Source: a virus (Duplodnaviria; Caudoviricetes). Taken from it: a stretch of 35,157 nucleotides of DNA. The translations under genes were made by a program, and so were the position numbers. The stretch lies in IMG/VR virus record IMGVR_UViG_3300017785_003454, positions 1-35,157 of that record, one strand, 5' to 3'. Below the pieces are notes generated by a model, which saw only the letters and a program-made list of their open reading frames with translations, was not told where the DNA came from and searched no databases. Positions 34,707 to 35,157 of this stretch are shown piece by piece. Each line of letters begins with the position of its first letter. Position 1 is the stretch's first letter.

Positions 34707-35156
34707 TCAGAATGTGGCATCCGTAGGGTTGGCAATAAGCTCATTCTGTGTGGCAACGTAAGAGCGATAACCCTTGATCGTCTGAATCCTATTCGGCGCG
34801 ATGATCGTCTCTCGCGCTATCATTCCACGGTAAGTGTACGGTCCTGGGAAAGATCCAGTCATCAGAGCGTAGAAATCAACAGCATCAGTCTTCACGCTGT
34901 TTTTGCGAGCGTCCACCAATAGCTTTCCAGACTCGTACTTGGTTGTTTTAACATCGATGCGATAACCGGGAGCAGGATGAATCGTCGCGTCGTGGAACGG
35001 GTGCGGGGGCGGTCGGTCGGTGTCCAAATCAGGATACACATTGAACAAGCGACAGAAAGCAATCTCGCCAGCAATACCCTCAAGATCAACAGCATGCGGC
35101 GAATCCGAGCTGATCTTTAGGTTGGTGATATTGAAATAGCGATTATTACCGTTTCG
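34707..35156 (-). CDS. PD-(D/E)XK-fold nuclease-like protein (5' end outside window)
   Basis: Frame open to window end: ...LEGIAGEIAF...HDATI...IDVKTT...DFYALM. Confidence 0.7.
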   Translation of the reverse strand, partial: RNGNNRYFNITNLKISSDSPHAVDLEGIAGEIAFCRLFNVYPDLDTDRPPPHPFHDATIHPAPGYRIDVKTTKYESGKLLVDARKNSVKTDAVDFYALMTGSFPGPYTYRGMIARETIIAPNRIQTIKGYRSYVATQNELIANPTDATF

Positions 35157-35157
35157 A

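Noticed and set aside
1-35157. Stop-codon reassignment, tRNAs, introns/inteins, integrase or att sites
   Set aside because: Core genes are intact and densely packed under the standard code; no cloverleaf, intein or recombinase motif was recognised by eye.

Overview
The window is a large part of a tailed dsDNA bacteriophage genome, probably with podovirus morphology (no tape measure, tube or sheath gene seen). The overlapping spanin-like pair suggests a diderm host. It uses the standard genetic code and has four alternating transcription blocks. (1) 1-6406 (+): an array of translationally coupled, modular small ORFs, then an RHH regulator, SF2 helicase, SSB, RuvC-like resolvase and a PriCT/AEP-primase/RecA-like helicase fusion. 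(2) 6396-20010 (-): collagen, Kelch-like and C1q-like fibre genes, tail nozzle, adaptor, three Cys-free ejection proteins and two small basic proteins. (3) 20058-29312 (+): large terminase, portal, a GT32-GT25-methyltransferase-glycoside propeller cassette and a scaffold-like protein. (4) 29362-35157 (-): a PD-(D/E)XK nuclease, major capsid protein with a structured leader, decoration/adaptor proteins, a fibre with chaperone, and holin/spanin genes with no obvious endolysin. I saw no tRNA, CRISPR, integrase, reverse transcriptase or family A/B DNA polymerase. The leading candidates for a new system are: a virion glycosylation cassette paired with a charge-poor Gly-X-Thr collagen fibre; a recombination-shuffled micro-ORF array whose repeated junction encodes SD + stop + start; and a 3x heptad 'TAD' motif that may dock one trimeric fibre at both head and tail. 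All product calls come from motif reading by eye, not database searches.
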